A stretch of 64,000 nt of DNA from Lepidodermella squamata (lineage: Eukaryota; Animalia; Gastrotricha), in contig JBLDXI010000013.1 in NCBI GenBank assembly GCA_047495785.1, forward strand, positions 2,108,001-2,172,000, given 5' to 3'. Below are positions 12,136 to 25,700 of this stretch, piece after piece. The position numbers were made by a program, and so were the translations under genes. Numbering within the stretch: position 1 is the first letter of the stretch; each line of letters starts with the position of its first letter. The notes beneath the pieces were generated by a model that saw only the letters and a list, made by a program, of their open reading frames with translations, was not told where the DNA came from and made no database searches.

Positions 12136-13177
12136 TACCGTAAATTGGGGCAAAATGGCCGCGGGAAAAAAATGACCCCCTGATTTTTTCGCATTTTTAC
12201 ACGTTTCAGAGGGTCCTGATTCCGATTTTATAGGAAGCTCATTTTGCCCCAGGTTTGGGGCAAATTGGACAGGTGTTTTGGGGCTAATTGGCCACCCTTA
12301 TCCTTATAATGGGTTTTTAATATTTGATGATTGTGAGGGTTGAATGGTCGAGTGGTTGTGATGCGTCCATCAGAACTTAAGTGATCTGATGAGCGACGGT
12401 TCGAATCCTCATTAAGTAGCATTTTTTTGCTCCGCATTTAATTTTTTTAATTTTGTTGTTAATTTTCCATTATAATTATTCCACTAACACCACGTATGCC
12501 GGACATTTTTTTGTTCGGGAGACGTTTAAAAGTCGCTCAGCAATAAAACTCTCAGAAAAAACGGAGAAACTAATTAAAAATTATTAAAATGGAAAATTAA
12601 CAACAAAATTAAAAAAATTAAATGCGGAGCAAAAAAATGCTACTTAATGAGGATTCGAACCGTCGCTCATCAGATCACTTAAGTTCTGATGGACGCATCA
12701 CAACCACTCGACCATTCAACCCTCACAATCATCAAATATTAAAAACCCATTATAAGGATAAGGGTGGCCAATTAGCCCCCATCATTGGGTTTTCCATGGG
12801 GTAATTTGGCCACAATCACCTAGCCATACCTGTGCATCGCCTGGGGTCGCGGTTTTTTTTGCCGCCATCTACGACGAAAATGGTCGAAGGAAAAAATTTC
12901 ATCTGATCATCAAACCTCGTGATTGGCTCCAGGTAATTCAATTTAGAGGGGTCATTTTTACCTCCCTAAACTCACCTATGTGCAACGACATGCTGTGACC
13001 GCATTTCGGGACATACGAGGCTCAAAATTTGCAGGCTTGTAGGAGGCTTGTTGGTAATCGCCCCCGTAAATTTTTGTAAAGTTTTACCTTGTAGTTTTTG
13101 AGCTATCAATAAAATGGTGAAAACCTCAATTTTTGGCCAATTAGCCCCAAAGGTTCATTTTGCCCCAAATGACGGTA
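12136..13177. mobile_element. MITE with internal ~200-bp near-perfect inverted repeat containing tRNA-like A/B boxes
   Basis: TIR TACCGT(A/C)A(A/T)TTGGGGCAAAATG; internal arms ~12280-12475 and ~12585-12779 (identical spurious ORFs on opposite strands); TGGTCGAGTGG and GGTTCGAATCC in each arm. Confidence 0.75.
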
Positions 13178-14014
13178 GGTCGAGTCGCTATGACAATTCG
13201 ATATTTTACGGTATAACATTCGTAAATCATTCATATCTGAACTCGCCGCACTCGATTTACTCATCGCAACTCGCCTCCGGCTCGTTCCGACTCGTAAATC
13301 TCGGGCGGCTCCGTACAGATATAAACGTTTTACTCATGTCATACCATACAACTATATTACGGAACTGAATGAGGCGCTAATCCAATTCGCGAATGGGTTT
13401 GGATTTGAATACTTATGCGCTTCTAAACTCGCATCGCAAGCTCAAGATGCTCAATATAATTTAAAAAAATCGAATCAAGTAATTCTCATTAATCATTTAA
13501 CGGCGAAAAGGGCAAATTCGGAATTTCGACTTAGTTAATTGACAGTTCCATCGATTTAACAATTTTTCCATTCCCCCCAGCAAAATACTACTTTCGGATG
13601 TTGCCTAAAGGAAATTGTAATTTCATTGAGAAATAGGGGGATACAAAATTTTAGTGAAATCATAAATTGGTGGGGAAATTGCGCACCTGTCCCTAAAATA
13701 GCATAAGGTCTAAGACTACTTCCTTTATTTACTCGAAAATTCGAAAATTGGATTTTTGCTTAGCTGGAAACAAAATTTGCCGTGAAAGGGTTCATGGTTT
13801 TTCAAAAAATGTGACGTGAAACGCGATAAAAACCCTAACGCCGCCATATAATATGTATGTATACAGCAGCAATCAGCGAAAACTGCGTGGTTTTCTTTTA
13901 TTATGTCCGACGTCGGGCGCGTATTATAAAGCGCATTGTTGCGCACATATAAGTTCTACCATATCTCTTTTATCGTGAAATTCTGTAGCCTCGGCCAATT
14001 TGGCGCGTTTTTCT

Positions 14015-14340
14015 TTCAATATCTTTTTTAATTCGTGGATAATATAATCATCTTTTTCAGAATTCTGAACGATTAGGGTCTGATTCAACTGGTTTATGAG
14101 AAATTGCTAAATTTCACAGGCTGGTTTTTTCTTAGAACGAGAATTTGTATGCAAATTTCGACTTCTAGCCAGATTTGCGGGGTTTTCAATTAATATCTTT
14201 TTAATTTCGAGGATGATATAATTATTTTCTTTAGAATTCTGAAAGGTTAGGGTCTGGTTTAACTGGTTTATGAAGAATTGCTCGATTTTACAGGCTGGAT
14301 TTTTCTTAAATCGAGATTTTATAGGAAAATTTTGACTTAA
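14015..14340. repeat. Two diverged tandem copies of a ~175-bp unit
   Basis: AATATCTTTTT...AGAATTCTGAA...TTAGGGTCTG...AACTGGTTTATGA...ACAGGCTGG repeated at ~14019 and ~14192. Confidence 0.7.
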
Positions 14341-17137
14341 TATGAAGTTCGGATTCGTCTTTCAGCCGCTAGTTAATTACTATTTCAACTTTGAATGAAA
14401 ATACACTTAATTGAAAAGATGACAGGCAGTGATGAGAACAATCGACGAGATAATGATATGGCTTTAACCTATGGTTCATGTTATTCTATGATTAAAGAAC
14501 GAACGGCAAGATTTTCCGTGTTCAAGTTGGAATCGGTGTGGCTTAGTGATTTCGTGGATGACTGCTATATTTTTCCACTGATTATCAGTGCCAAGGACCT
14601 GCCAAATGGTTCTATGAGTTGAACATTAACAATTGCTGGCTAAATTTTTCCTAATGAACAGAAAATGCCGTCTAAAGTGTAAAAATGTTTCCTGTTTTAT
14701 AGAATTATGTGACAGTTGTAAATAATCTAGCCACAAAACTGTCTTTTTTGCCCAACATAATCAATCGTTTTGCCCTCGACTTCGATTCTTAGCGGAAAAA
14801 TTTCATCATCATCCACGAAATTAACAAATTACACCGATTCATTACTTATTACTGACAAACTTGACTTTCAATCATTTTTTGAGGAGAAGAATAGGACATC
14901 GATTGGAACTATTTCATAATGGCGTTAATTGGTCCATTCAGTGCCTCTCATCGTTTCAACATGAGTGAATTTTCATCTTATGATGAAATACAAATTAATC
15001 AGCTGATTAACGACGGACGCGAGCATAAAGCCGAGTCAGATTTTCCCGAAAAAACTCTTTTTCCGAAAAAACCAGCCAACAAAAAATAGGGAAACTCAGA
15101 CCGACTATTAATGAAGGGCTATGGCATACGATGGTCTGACAAAATACCAGCATCATCCACGAAAATCATAAAATTTTTCAATAAAACCACATAAAATTTG
15201 TTAAGGCTCGAAGTAAAAAAGCGGTACGGTAGTACTCTTATGTGTGCGTAGTATATTCATAAGCAGAACGCGCGCTTGGGCGCAGCGTATAATAGCATAA
15301 ATGTTAGCGCGCGCAATATAATACAATGGAATGTATGGTCAATCAAAAGCAGTTATTATGCCGCAATGCCGATATTATTTCTTATTCTGCTGCTCAATTG
15401 CATCCTTTACTACAGTCATTATCACTAGCTTCAGCATATCTTTTTCGATTAACGGGTCAATCGAATCACGAGTTTCAAGATGAATGATAGATAGCGTGTT
15501 ATTATCTAATTTTATCGCACACCTGCTACCTTTTAACTGGTATCAAACAGCTTTTTCAGTACAATAAGAAGCTGGCATAACCGCTGAGAAATATTGTTGT
15601 CCTTTGAAAAATTCCACAATCATTCGATGACTTGAAATGACTTGAAATCTAGCTATTGCATCTTTGGAAATGGCAGCTTTTACGAGGCATTTCAATATTA
15701 TGCCAAATAAGGGGCAAGACGGTAAATTTGTCAACTTGGGGAAGACTAGTTTGTGATCAAAATCACAGAAGAAAGGCATCAGAGAATACAGGTAGTTTGT
15801 GGCACTAAAAATGCGGCTATTGGCGGATTGAAAATTGAGTTAGCTTTTGGTAGTTTTTGTATCACGATTATTTTTTTGAGAAAAATGGTAGAAACTAGCT
15901 TTCCAGTTTCAACAAAGGAGTTGGAACATCGTCTTGTGGCAATTGGCTATGCAGACCGCGAGGGCAGTGTTTCACCTGTGCGCGCAATGTCAAAATGTAT
16001 GAATGAAGGAAATGACCTAAATGACGTGAATAACGTGAATAACGTAAGAGAATATTAGAACTACGCAAACAGCAGCAAAAAATCACAGTATTTTTTTGCT
16101 GCAAATAAAACTTAGCGCGAGCGATTTATATTAGCGTTATAAGCAAAAAATAAATTTATAAAAAATGTATTACTCTTTCGATCACAGCCCTCTGGATATT
16201 TCAGAAGCTGATGATTTCTGAGAAAATTCTGATTTGACTTGATGTTGAATTTGTCGATTGATCGTTGATTTAGTAGTTACCTGCATTTGCATTGAAATTT
16301 CTCTCACGTTTCATGAATACAAGGCTCCGACTGCACACGTTGAGAAAAAATGCCGCAGTTTAAACCACTGGCGAATGTTCTACATCGATTAACCCTCCAG
16401 CGCCTACGGAAGCGCGTGTCTATGTGCGCGTATACACGGAAAGGCGTTTTTCGGTGATTTTGCGTGTTTATACACGTCGACTTGGACGCGTATACCCGCT
16501 TTTTCAAAAACTCGACGTCTATACCCGCAAGTTGTGAAAAAAAAATTACTAAGACGTCTCGACACGCTAATGAGGTGTCTTCACACGCAAAAATTGAGGC
16601 GTCTTAACACGCCCATATGCTAATTTTATTCATGATTTTGACCATTTTTATTCGTAAATCGCAGGAATGTCAACGATCTTCGCTAAAATCAACAATAATC
16701 AATCCTTCAGCTTGCAAATTAAAAAAAATAAAAAAAGATAAAAATAATTAGTTCAGGTTTTCATTGATTAGTGATTGAATTGGCAAGGTAGCGCGCGATG
16801 TCGAAATCAGGATGCTTGCGCAATCAATTTGATTGTTTTCGGTATTGATAGCCAGCGCGGTATTCAGCAGGTTCAAAGTTGATCCTACAGCGTCACTTGT
16901 GATGGAAGATCACAGACGGACCTGGCAGCGGATTCATCATGTAGCCAAAGTGGGACCAACTTAACCACCCGCCGTCGCCACTTAGACCCAGAACCCGCCC
17001 CTTGGGACTAAAACTATCCCGTCCTTAAATTTTTTCCCAAATTTGGAGTGGATGAGCAACTAGGATTTCGTTAGAAATCCCAGTTACCCCCCGACCCGTC
17101 TTGAAATTGCATTGCAATTTCCCATGAAACTTTTGTT

Positions 17138-17428
17138 TCAGCCAGCCGAAGGCCGGCGCAGAGGGCAATCCCTCGAGTTCGCGGTGTGCTCGCCACCACA
17201 ATTGCAGCAACGAACACCCCGCAAGCAAGTCTTCACGTCGTGTTTGCGACCACATCGTAAGCATCGCGTCTCATCAGAGCAGTTTCGAGCCAGGTGGCCA
17301 TATCGCTGGCAGCTGAAACATTGAACAACATCATATTGCTTGACAATCTCATAAACTAAGTATCGATGAAACTCTGATTTTTTCTGATTTGCGTAACACA
17401 GGTGAGCGCGCAAATTACGGGCACGCAT
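17138..17428 (-). mobile_element. Fragment of LINE ORF1 (gag-like, three zinc knuckles)
   Basis: CFSCQRYGHLARNC, CLRCGRKHDVKTC, CCNCGGEHTANSRDC. Confidence 0.75.
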
Positions 17429-18289
17429 GCCTTTTGTGTAAACTCAGGCAAATTTTGACACGGGGGTCGCGCGGGCGGCCTGTTTTGTGTGCATTGATTC
17501 CTCAACTCCGTGTTAACTCAGCTGGTCACTCGAGTTTACTCATGCACCTAAGGTTATTTCGGTTTTTTTTTCATGGTCGATAATTAATAATCAAAGAGAT
17601 GATGCGCACCCAGGGCGTGGCAGATGTTGCGCAACACAACATTGCGTAACATACTGATGACTCTGCCATTGTTACCTAATAATAAATGCTCATTCACAAT
17701 GCATACGTTTGGACATATAAACCGCGCAGGAGAGCGTATAGAATAACACATCTTTAGTTTATAGTGTAAGTTTTATTTCGAATTTGGCAATTAATTCAAC
17801 CTATTTTTACCACCGTCGATGCGTCTGACAATGTCAGGTAGGATTGACTGGGGCAGGTTGAACTTTTTGATGAATTCAGTTCACTTATTTGTCATTTTTG
17901 TTATACTCATTACAGATTTGTTCATAATAATAATGGTTTTATTTAGTCCTCCTCTCGATTAAGCATCTATACCGTAAAAACGGTTTTGAGGAGGGCGAAG
18001 GCAGGCGAAAGATGGAAATCACCCACCCCCACAGTTGAAGATTCTACTTTTTCCAAAAAACTCATAATCATTCATTGAGTCAACAATGTTGCGCCTTTCA
18101 ATTTTATCAAAAGATAGTAATTCAGTCAATTGCAGATCAGGAATAATTTTAATTTCAAATTTATTTTCTTTTTCGCCGGATTTTTTATTTTTAGCTGGCT
18201 TTTTGCCTTTCTGATTTTTGGGTTGTCTTTTCTTCAGCCTTCAAGCGCCTGCATCTCCGAAAAACCGAGGATGTTAATTGCATTTTTTC

Positions 18290-18730
18290 ATATCATTAAA
18301 CAGCCCAAGGGCTGCTCTACACGGCTGGTCAGAAGCGCCGAAAGTCTAACCACGGGAATCGCAAGGGGACGCAAGTCAAATTTCACAAAAAGGGTCGTAA
18401 AGAGGCCGTTTTTGGTGAAAACGGGTTAACTTTGCGACCCTCCCTCTAGGCATCCCGTGGATGGATTTTTGATTTCTTGATATCGTTAGAAAGCCCAAGA
18501 TGTGCTCTAGAAGGCTGGTCCGAAGCTCCGAAAGTCTAACCACGGGAATCACACAGGGGCGCAAGTCAAATTTCGCAATTCGGCTGTTTTCGGCTGAAAT
18601 CGGGTCAACTTTACGGCCCTCTTTCTTGAAAATTCGTGGCTGGAGATTTTATTGCTCGGCATCGTTAGATAGCGTAAAACATAATCTACAAGGCTGGTTG
18701 AAAGCGCCCAAAGTCTAACAGGGGATTGCT
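18290..18730. repeat. Three diverged ~180-190-bp tandem units
   Basis: GGCTGGT..AAGC.CC.AAAGTCTAAC..GGGA at ~18323, ~18513 and ~18692. Confidence 0.7.
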
Positions 18731-18872
18731 TTCATTAGTGTGCATACAAATGAATTCAAATTTTTGAAGTCAAATCAGCTGGATACAACCCACAAGGCGC
18801 TCTTCGAACTGCTGTTTACGAAAGAGGAGTTGGCCTCGAAAACAATCAGCGGGCGTCAGCCCGGGGAAGCAC

Positions 18873-21800
18873 GTGCGGGTCGGCGCGTGTCGCCCGAATT
18901 CCAGCTCGATCCAATCAAAGTCGGAATTCCTTCTCAAGAGCGAATCTTGGCCGGTAGGCGCTATGGGCGGTAACCTCAAGGTCCACCGATCTCGAAGGTA
19001 CTACGAGCTCTTCAAAGAAAAAGCAGCAGAACAGGCTGAAGATAAATCGCGACGCCAGTTATCCGCCCAAGAAATCGCAGAGCGAGAAGGTAGAGCTGGC
19101 CTCTGCACTAATTACCCGCGCTGGTTTCCGATCGCCGACCTGAAGCGTGATTGGAGCTCTACGCTTGAAGACGCCATCCCAACGAGGAAAGACCTCAAAC
19201 ACCCACATTGCAATGTCATTTTGATTTTTAAGGACGCAAATGTTGCGAAAGATTTCGCGGAAGGCAAAGTCGAGCTGCAATCGCGCTTCCTCAGAGGCCG
19301 TCTGATGAAACCTGACCCCCACATCCCGCGCTGCGGCAGGTGCCAGTCTTACAAACATCTCGACCGCGACTGCAAAGCTGTGTCGCTTGCCTGCGCTCAC
19401 TGTGCCGAAGACCACGATTACGAACAATGCCCATCAAAGGACAAAGAAGACACTCGATTTTGTGCAAACTGCCAGGAGGCCGGCCACTCGGCTGCCTACC
19501 GCGGCTGCTCGGCCTATATCAAGGCCAGAGATGCTGTTCGCGAGAAAATACGCGAAAACATTGCCCAGATAACACACAGGTTCCACCAACCGCAACCGTT
19601 CCTCCAGCAGACGAACCAATGGTCTCGAGGTAAGCCAACAATCAAGCAGGTATGTCCAATCGTTATTAATAAGGTGCAGGAAAACTTCAACCAAATTCTC
19701 CAAGCAAACAACAGACAATTAGTTGAACAACTCAAAGTACAATGGTCGTCGTAATTCAATGGAACTCGAGAGGGTTAAAAACTCGAAAACAAGAATTGAT
19801 AAAACTAGCCCTTGATCTAGGTGCTGATATAATTATTATAAACGAATCACATTTTTCCACTGAAACTGACTTCAAACTACCAGGCTATCAATTATTTAGG
19901 AAGGACCGTGGAAGACAGATATCGAATGTCCCTTCGACTTACGGCGGCGTGGCCATTTTTGTTAAAAATAATATATTTCTAGCCCAGGAATTTCATGAGT
20001 ACAGTATACCCCACAGCGAATGGCTCGCGGTCACGCTGATTAATAAATCAGGGCAGAAACTAATTGTAGGAACTGGTTACGTGTCCCAAGGCAAAAAAAG
20101 ATCTGGACGTCTCTTTTCTCGATAGCATTTTGTGCTCTGATGTACCGTGCATTTTCGCTGGGGATCTAAACGGCTGGCACGATGACTTGTTGACAGGCCC
20201 TCCCCCATCAAATAGATATGGAAGGATTTTAGCGGAATTCAACAGGGCCTCGGGGATTTCGCTGCTTAGCGATGGTACCCCCACACATTTTTCACCGAAG
20301 GGCGTGGGTCGCCAAATAGATATATGGCTCGCCAATGACGCCGCGCGGCACACTGTTCTTAACAGCCCACCCGTCGAGGACTTCTATGGTAGTGATCACT
20401 TAGCAACTCGGCTAGACGTAAAATTCTCGTCAACTGATGTCCCGCTGAAATCACAACAGGATTCCGTCAGAATTAATTTCAAGGCAATGAACTGGACTCG
20501 GCTAAGAAACGAGCTCGATCAAGCAATGGAGACCCAGGTCGAGCCGGTTAAACCAAGGGCCGGCGATCTGATTCAATCGATTGGGAGATATGTGGCGACA
20601 ATAGCCGAAACAGTCTCCCGAGTGACGGACGCAATAGCGCCGAAGTGCAAAGCTACCTACGTTCAATATGAACGCGGAAATTGGATCGCTCTTGGATCAA
20701 CGTAATCAACTGCAGCGCTTATATGCGCTTATATGCTATCTCGGCTGAAGTGAAAACCGAGGTGAATCGAATCAATCGGGAACTTAAGCAACTGATCGGC
20801 AAAGAGCAAGCAAAAGACTGCGAGAAAAATCTTCGTTTGATGGCGCAGCGATTCCGAGAAGGTCAGCAGCAAAGCCAGACGGCCTGGCGAATGCTAGCGG
20901 CAAGGTTCGATCGTTTAAAACGGTGCAAAAGGCTAGCAGCGCTGATCGATCAGAAAACAGACCTCGCGGTGACCGACGATCAATCGAAAGCGCAGTTGAT
21001 TGCGGCCATATTTGCGAAGGTTGTTAGCGGAGCGCCGAACACATAAAAGCGGCCGGAAGATATTGCCTTTTGGGAGCAGGTGGAAAAGACAATCGCAGAT
21101 GACCCTCTCTCGAAACCGCTGGAAAAGATACCCGAAGTATTGCCGATAAAAATTCCGCGTATTACGATGAGAGCACTTCTCCGACGTCTCAAGAACAAGG
21201 CGCCTGGACATGACAACATATTAAATGTAATCCTCAAAAACGGCGGTCCAGGACTGCGCCGTCACCTCAAATACGCCTTCGAACTTTGTTTAGCCACTGG
21301 CTACATCCCGGCGGAGTGGAAAATGGCTATCGTTGTCCCGATCCTAAAGGAGGGCAAAGATGGCCGGCTCCCAGAGTCCTACCGACCTGTCTCGCTTCTA
21401 CCAGCGTTTGCCAAACTTCTCGAGTCTTTGGTCGCCATGATGCTCTATGGCTTTCTTGAGAAAAACAAGTTCTTACCAGACCATCAATTCGGGTTTAGGC
21501 GACGCAGGGGAGCAGTGGACCCGCTGTTTAGATTGATCAGTGATGCAGCCCTTGCAATGGCTCTCCACGGAAACCTGGTTGCGGTATTTCTGGATTTCAA
21601 GGCTGCCTTTGACGCCGTATGGCACGCCGGCCTTATACAGAAGCTCAAGGAGTCTGGAGCTCCTGATCCCCTTGTCCGCTGGGTGGCCAACGTTCTCAAC
21701 GACAGATCCTTTCGAGTACGAGTCGGCAACGAGCTAAGTGAGCCACAACAGGTTAAGTGCGGAGTTCCCCAGGGCAGTCCACTCAGTCTGCTGCTGTTCA

Positions 21801-23242
21801 TTTTCTACACAGCCGAAATGCAGCCGCTTACCGTTCAACCGGACGACGGCAGAAGGAGCGTTGGTGCTGGTACTTACGCTGATGATGCTGCGAATTGGGC
21901 TTGGGGGCCACACTATGAGCAGAGCGTTGCGAGGCTACAAACGCGCCTCCGATCAACAGAGGCCTGGTGCACGAGATGGCGACTGGAGCTCAACCCATCA
22001 AAATGCGAATGCTTAATCATAGGCCATCATGGGGCTTCGTCGCCAACTGTCCTGCTAACGATTGGTGGCCAGCGCCCCACAGGTTAGTGAGGTGAAATAC
22101 CTCGGTGTGACGATTACGACGAAACTGTCCTGGGAACGTCACCTGGATCGACTATCGGCGAAAACGAAACCAAGAGCTGCTAGTTTGTACGGAATTGCCA
22201 AAAGAAAGGTGTTACCCTCCGAGCTGTGTGTCAAGTTCAGCCGCGTTCTGATCGACAGCGTATTAAGCTACGGAGCACCAGCCTGGTTCTGCATGTCGAA
22301 ATCGACTGAGCTTCGCCTGTTCAACTTCCAGGTATGCGGGCTGAGAGCCGCGCTCAATTTGCCACTCGAATGTGACCCGTTCGGGGTGGTGGTCGAAGCT
22401 GGTGTCAAGGCGATCAGCGATGTTTTCGAAAGCGCAATGTCCCGATACGCTGTCCGATGTGTTGAAGCTGACAACAGCATGCAACAATACCTTGAATACG
22501 TTGCGAGCCAGCAACCCGATGTTTTCGCGATGAAACGAATGCTAGAACAGCACTGTCCAGCCTGGTATCTGCGACAATATGTTAAACCTGCGAAATCAGA
22601 CTGCCACAAAATAACCGCTTTCTTCAAGCCTAAGAAATAACTGCCTTGTTGCTCTTTTTGTGCCTATAGGACCTTGATGCGCTGCCTTGGACCCGAGCCC
22701 TGCCTTGAGATTGAAAGGGTAACTAAGCCTTCGATAAAATTAATGCCTCCTCTAGTCGTTTCAGACCCTGTGACTCCTGTGACGCCGAGCCTTGAGCCTT
22801 CAGATCTACATGAGCCTAGCCCTGAGCCTTCAGTCCTACATGAGTCATTCGCCTTCTGCCCATTCCGTAAGTACTGAGCTAAATTAGCTAATATTTTGCT
22901 GCTCTTCAAGACATTGAGCCTTGAATCTGGGGCCCTGCTGAGCCTTGATCTGCCCTGAAACCCGGTGCACCCCGACGACGTCAACGATCGACTCGACGAC
23001 CGACTCACCGAACTCACCGGCAATTTTCTACTTTTATATGATCCAGTAAAGAAACAAAAAAAAACATATAAAAAGAAAAAAACATATAATACAAAAACAA
23101 AAACATTAAATGTTATATGTGCTCATTTAATTAACCGGTTATGTTTAGAGCCCTCAGTAGCATGGAGGGCAACACTGTACTCGCTGACTTTAATCCACTG
23201 TGCCTATAGCGCCACCCGGCGGAGGGCCTATTATAAATAAAA
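18873..23242 (+). mobile_element. Near full-length but decayed I/Jockey-group LINE (ORF1 with zinc knuckles; ORF2 APE + RT, frameshifted)
   Basis: ORF1 18873-19754 with 3 Cys/His knuckles; APE motifs QWNSRGL, NESH, GGVAIFVK, AGDLNG, SDH split over 19742/20130; RT motifs YRPVSLL, QFGFR, LDFKAAFD, GVPQGS, YADD, KYLGV split over 21080/22062; AATAAAA at ~23236. Confidence 0.9.
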
Positions 23243-23339
23243 CTAACACATGCTAAGAGACGACTTACACGAAAGTCACCCAGTGTTCGTTGATGTAAGC
23301 TGACTGAACTTGAACAGTAACAATATTAGAGGTAATTCA

Positions 23340-24805
23340 ATTCACCGCTGTTGATAAATTGGTCACATAACCAATAACCACTGCGTTTTTGGGCGAACAG
23401 CGCTGAGAGACAAAGATTTGCGAGAAGAAACGAAGAGTCGAATGCGAGCCCTTCTTACTAGCTCAGCGTCGGTGACTCAGGCGGCAATGAAATTCCAGAA
23501 CAAGCTGGAACAGCGCTTCCCCGACGTTCAACCCACCATCCTCGCCGCTGATCGTTCTCTACGTCCGACCACTCGAGACTGGTATTACCTCAAAGATCTT
23601 GAAACGATTTGCCTCTGTGGTGAGCGTACAGAAGATGCCATGCTGGATCGATTAGAGAAATTTGCTAAGGAGCATGCAGATGTTTGCAAATTCCAGGTTA
23701 TTTGGATACAGCATCGTTTATGTGATTAATTATGTTTTTTGTATGCTCAGGTGTGGCATGAAGATGAGCGGCGTCAGTGGGGTCTTGTCATCAGAACTCC
23801 GTTAATGGAAAGGGTCGATGGTGGCTCAGGCAAAGATGCTGCTATTCTGCGACTCAACAGCAAGTGTCGACCTCACGAACTGCAGTTTGACGTTGCTTAT
23901 ATCAGCCTCGTCAGCAGGCGCCCTTCCTTGCGTTGTGGCGATTCGTAGTAATCAAGATACCGAACAACAAGGTCCCCTAGCCGCCTTTCCCGGAAGCAGC
24001 CTGTTTTATTGTGTCTTCCAAGTATTACAGGCTGTTTGGCGGTGGCTATGATAAATCGGGATCATAGCATTCCCCACGACTGCTAGTCACGCATTTATGA
24101 TCGTAAGTTACCTGAATTACCGGAATGGCGTTTCCCTATTTTTTACATTTATATATGTAGTGTTCCACCGAGTTGCGTATTCTTCCAATTCCGAGGAATT
24201 TAAGCGTAGCAAGGACGAGCTACTAGCCGATCCGCTTGTTGCTTGCAATTCAAAGCTGCGAGAATACCTCTTATCACATCTGAAGAATGCTGAAAAATGG
24301 GTAGTTGCTTTCCGGTCTGTGCATTCAGAGGGTCAGATGACAAATAACATCGTGGAACGGTGTGTTGGCATTATCAAAGAAATCATCCTCTCCAGAGTTC
24401 GTGCCTACGATCCTGTTTGTCTGGCCGAATTCATTATTGCTGATTTTAACGATTTTTTTAAGAAAAAATTGCTGGATTACTCAACCGGACGTCGGAAGCT
24501 GAAAACAGAATGGCTTCGTCTTCGCCATGCAGATATCGAGCATGCCTCTCAGTTTGAAACATAAAAGTTTGAAATTACTACCGGAAATGGTGATGTATCC
24601 ATGGTTGATTTGAATTCCTGGCTCTGTTCTTGTCCATACGGTCTGAGTGGTCGCATCTGCAAGCATCAAATTACCTTAGCGAAAGATCATGAAATCCCAT
24701 TGCCTCTGAACTATATGATAGTTGGAGAACCTCAAGTCCTTCGCAGTTGTTGTCTATCATCGTGACTGCCAGTGCTCCGGAAATCTCATTCTTCGCTGAC
24801 GAATG
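23340..24805 (+). mobile_element. Decayed Mutator-like (MULE) transposase with SWIM finger, interrupted by the Polinton
   Basis: Fragments: ...HN..HC, LVIRTPLMERV, FYCVFQVLQAVWRWL (C-x-x-H motif degenerate), TNNIVE (catalytic E), SWIM CSCPYGLSGRICKH at 24625-24666; many stops and frameshifts. Confidence 0.75.
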
Positions 24806-25100
24806 AGCAGATAGGAATTGCCGTAGCTGGGCCACTCGACGGCTTACACCCTTTTTGGCAATTCGAGCCTGACCATGGAAATTGGCAAAACATTTCAAGG
24901 ACGTTTTGAATAAATATTTAGTGTGTTTGAAATTGCTGGGATGGTAAGTTATGACAATTCCGCGTCCGCGAATGAGGACAAAATTTCGGCGTAAGGGGGG
25001 AGTATTAGATGCGCAAAACATACATGAGCGAGTTATGACTCATCACACACAACACTTCCTTAAAATAACACTATAAAATGAGACGGACACACATATAAAT

Positions 25101-25222
25101 GGGCCTCGCCCACTGGCATAGTGGTTAACACACTGTGCAGTGTTGTTTTGGGGTGCGGGTTCAATCCCCACCGCCCGCAGAAGAAATTCGGTTTTTTCTT
25201 TCTTTTCTTCTCTTTCTTCTTT

Positions 25223-25266
<44 letters not shown>

Positions 25267-25700
25267 TTCTTCTTTCTCTTCTTTTCTTTCTTTAGGTTAA
25301 ATTTTTTATTTAAATGTCTACAGCACATGATTCATAGGGGAAATACCGCCGAGTGAAATGACACGATTTTAACGCCTTGGTATTATACGCTGTACACAGT
25401 GGCACAGTAGTATTAGCACTACACTGGGTAGCTCAAGGATGTGAGGTCGATTCCCACCTGCTGCAATATAAACTTTATTTTTTTATTTTTTATTTTTTAA
25501 TCAATTTTACATTTCAATCTGTGCATAAGCAAATGAGCCGAATGGAAGAAATAGAAGAGGCATGATTCCCTTCTTAAATGGTTTAGAATGGTGCTATAAT
25601 GGGCTGTACACAGTGGCACAGTGGTATTAGCACTGCGTTAGATACCTGAAGGATGAGGGTTCGATCCCCAACCTCTGCAAATTAAATTTAGTTTTCTATT
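25101..25700 (+). ncRNA. Three tandem tRNA-like Pol III units inside the Polinton left end
   Basis: A boxes TGGCATAGTGG (25114), TGGCACAGTAG (25400), TGGCACAGTGG (25614); B boxes GGTTCAATCCC (25158), AGGTCGATTCC (~25444), GGTTCGATCCC (25658); each followed by T-runs; no convincing acceptor stem. Confidence 0.55.

Larger units (their letters stand above)
8281..15376. mobile_element. Large non-coding TIR element containing nested MITEs
   Basis: ~100-bp inverted repeat ATATCGGTATTGCGGCATAATAACTGCTTTTGATTGACCATACATTCC... at 8281-8385 versus 15270-15376; an outer short inverted pair GAGGGCTGTGATCG at 8178-8191 / 16179-16192; no transposase ORF seen. Confidence 0.6.

Noticed and set aside
12228-12804. 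Duplicated protein-coding gene MRSKKMLLNED... on both strands
   Set aside because: Artefact of the inverted repeat inside a MITE
16389-16620. piggyBac-like left end (TTAACCCTCC... with ACACG repeats)
   Set aside because: No matching right TIR found in the window, so boundaries cannot be supported
25101-25700. Canonical tRNA genes
   Set aside because: A/B boxes are present but I could not form an acceptor stem or a clear anticodon arm; reported as tRNA-like only
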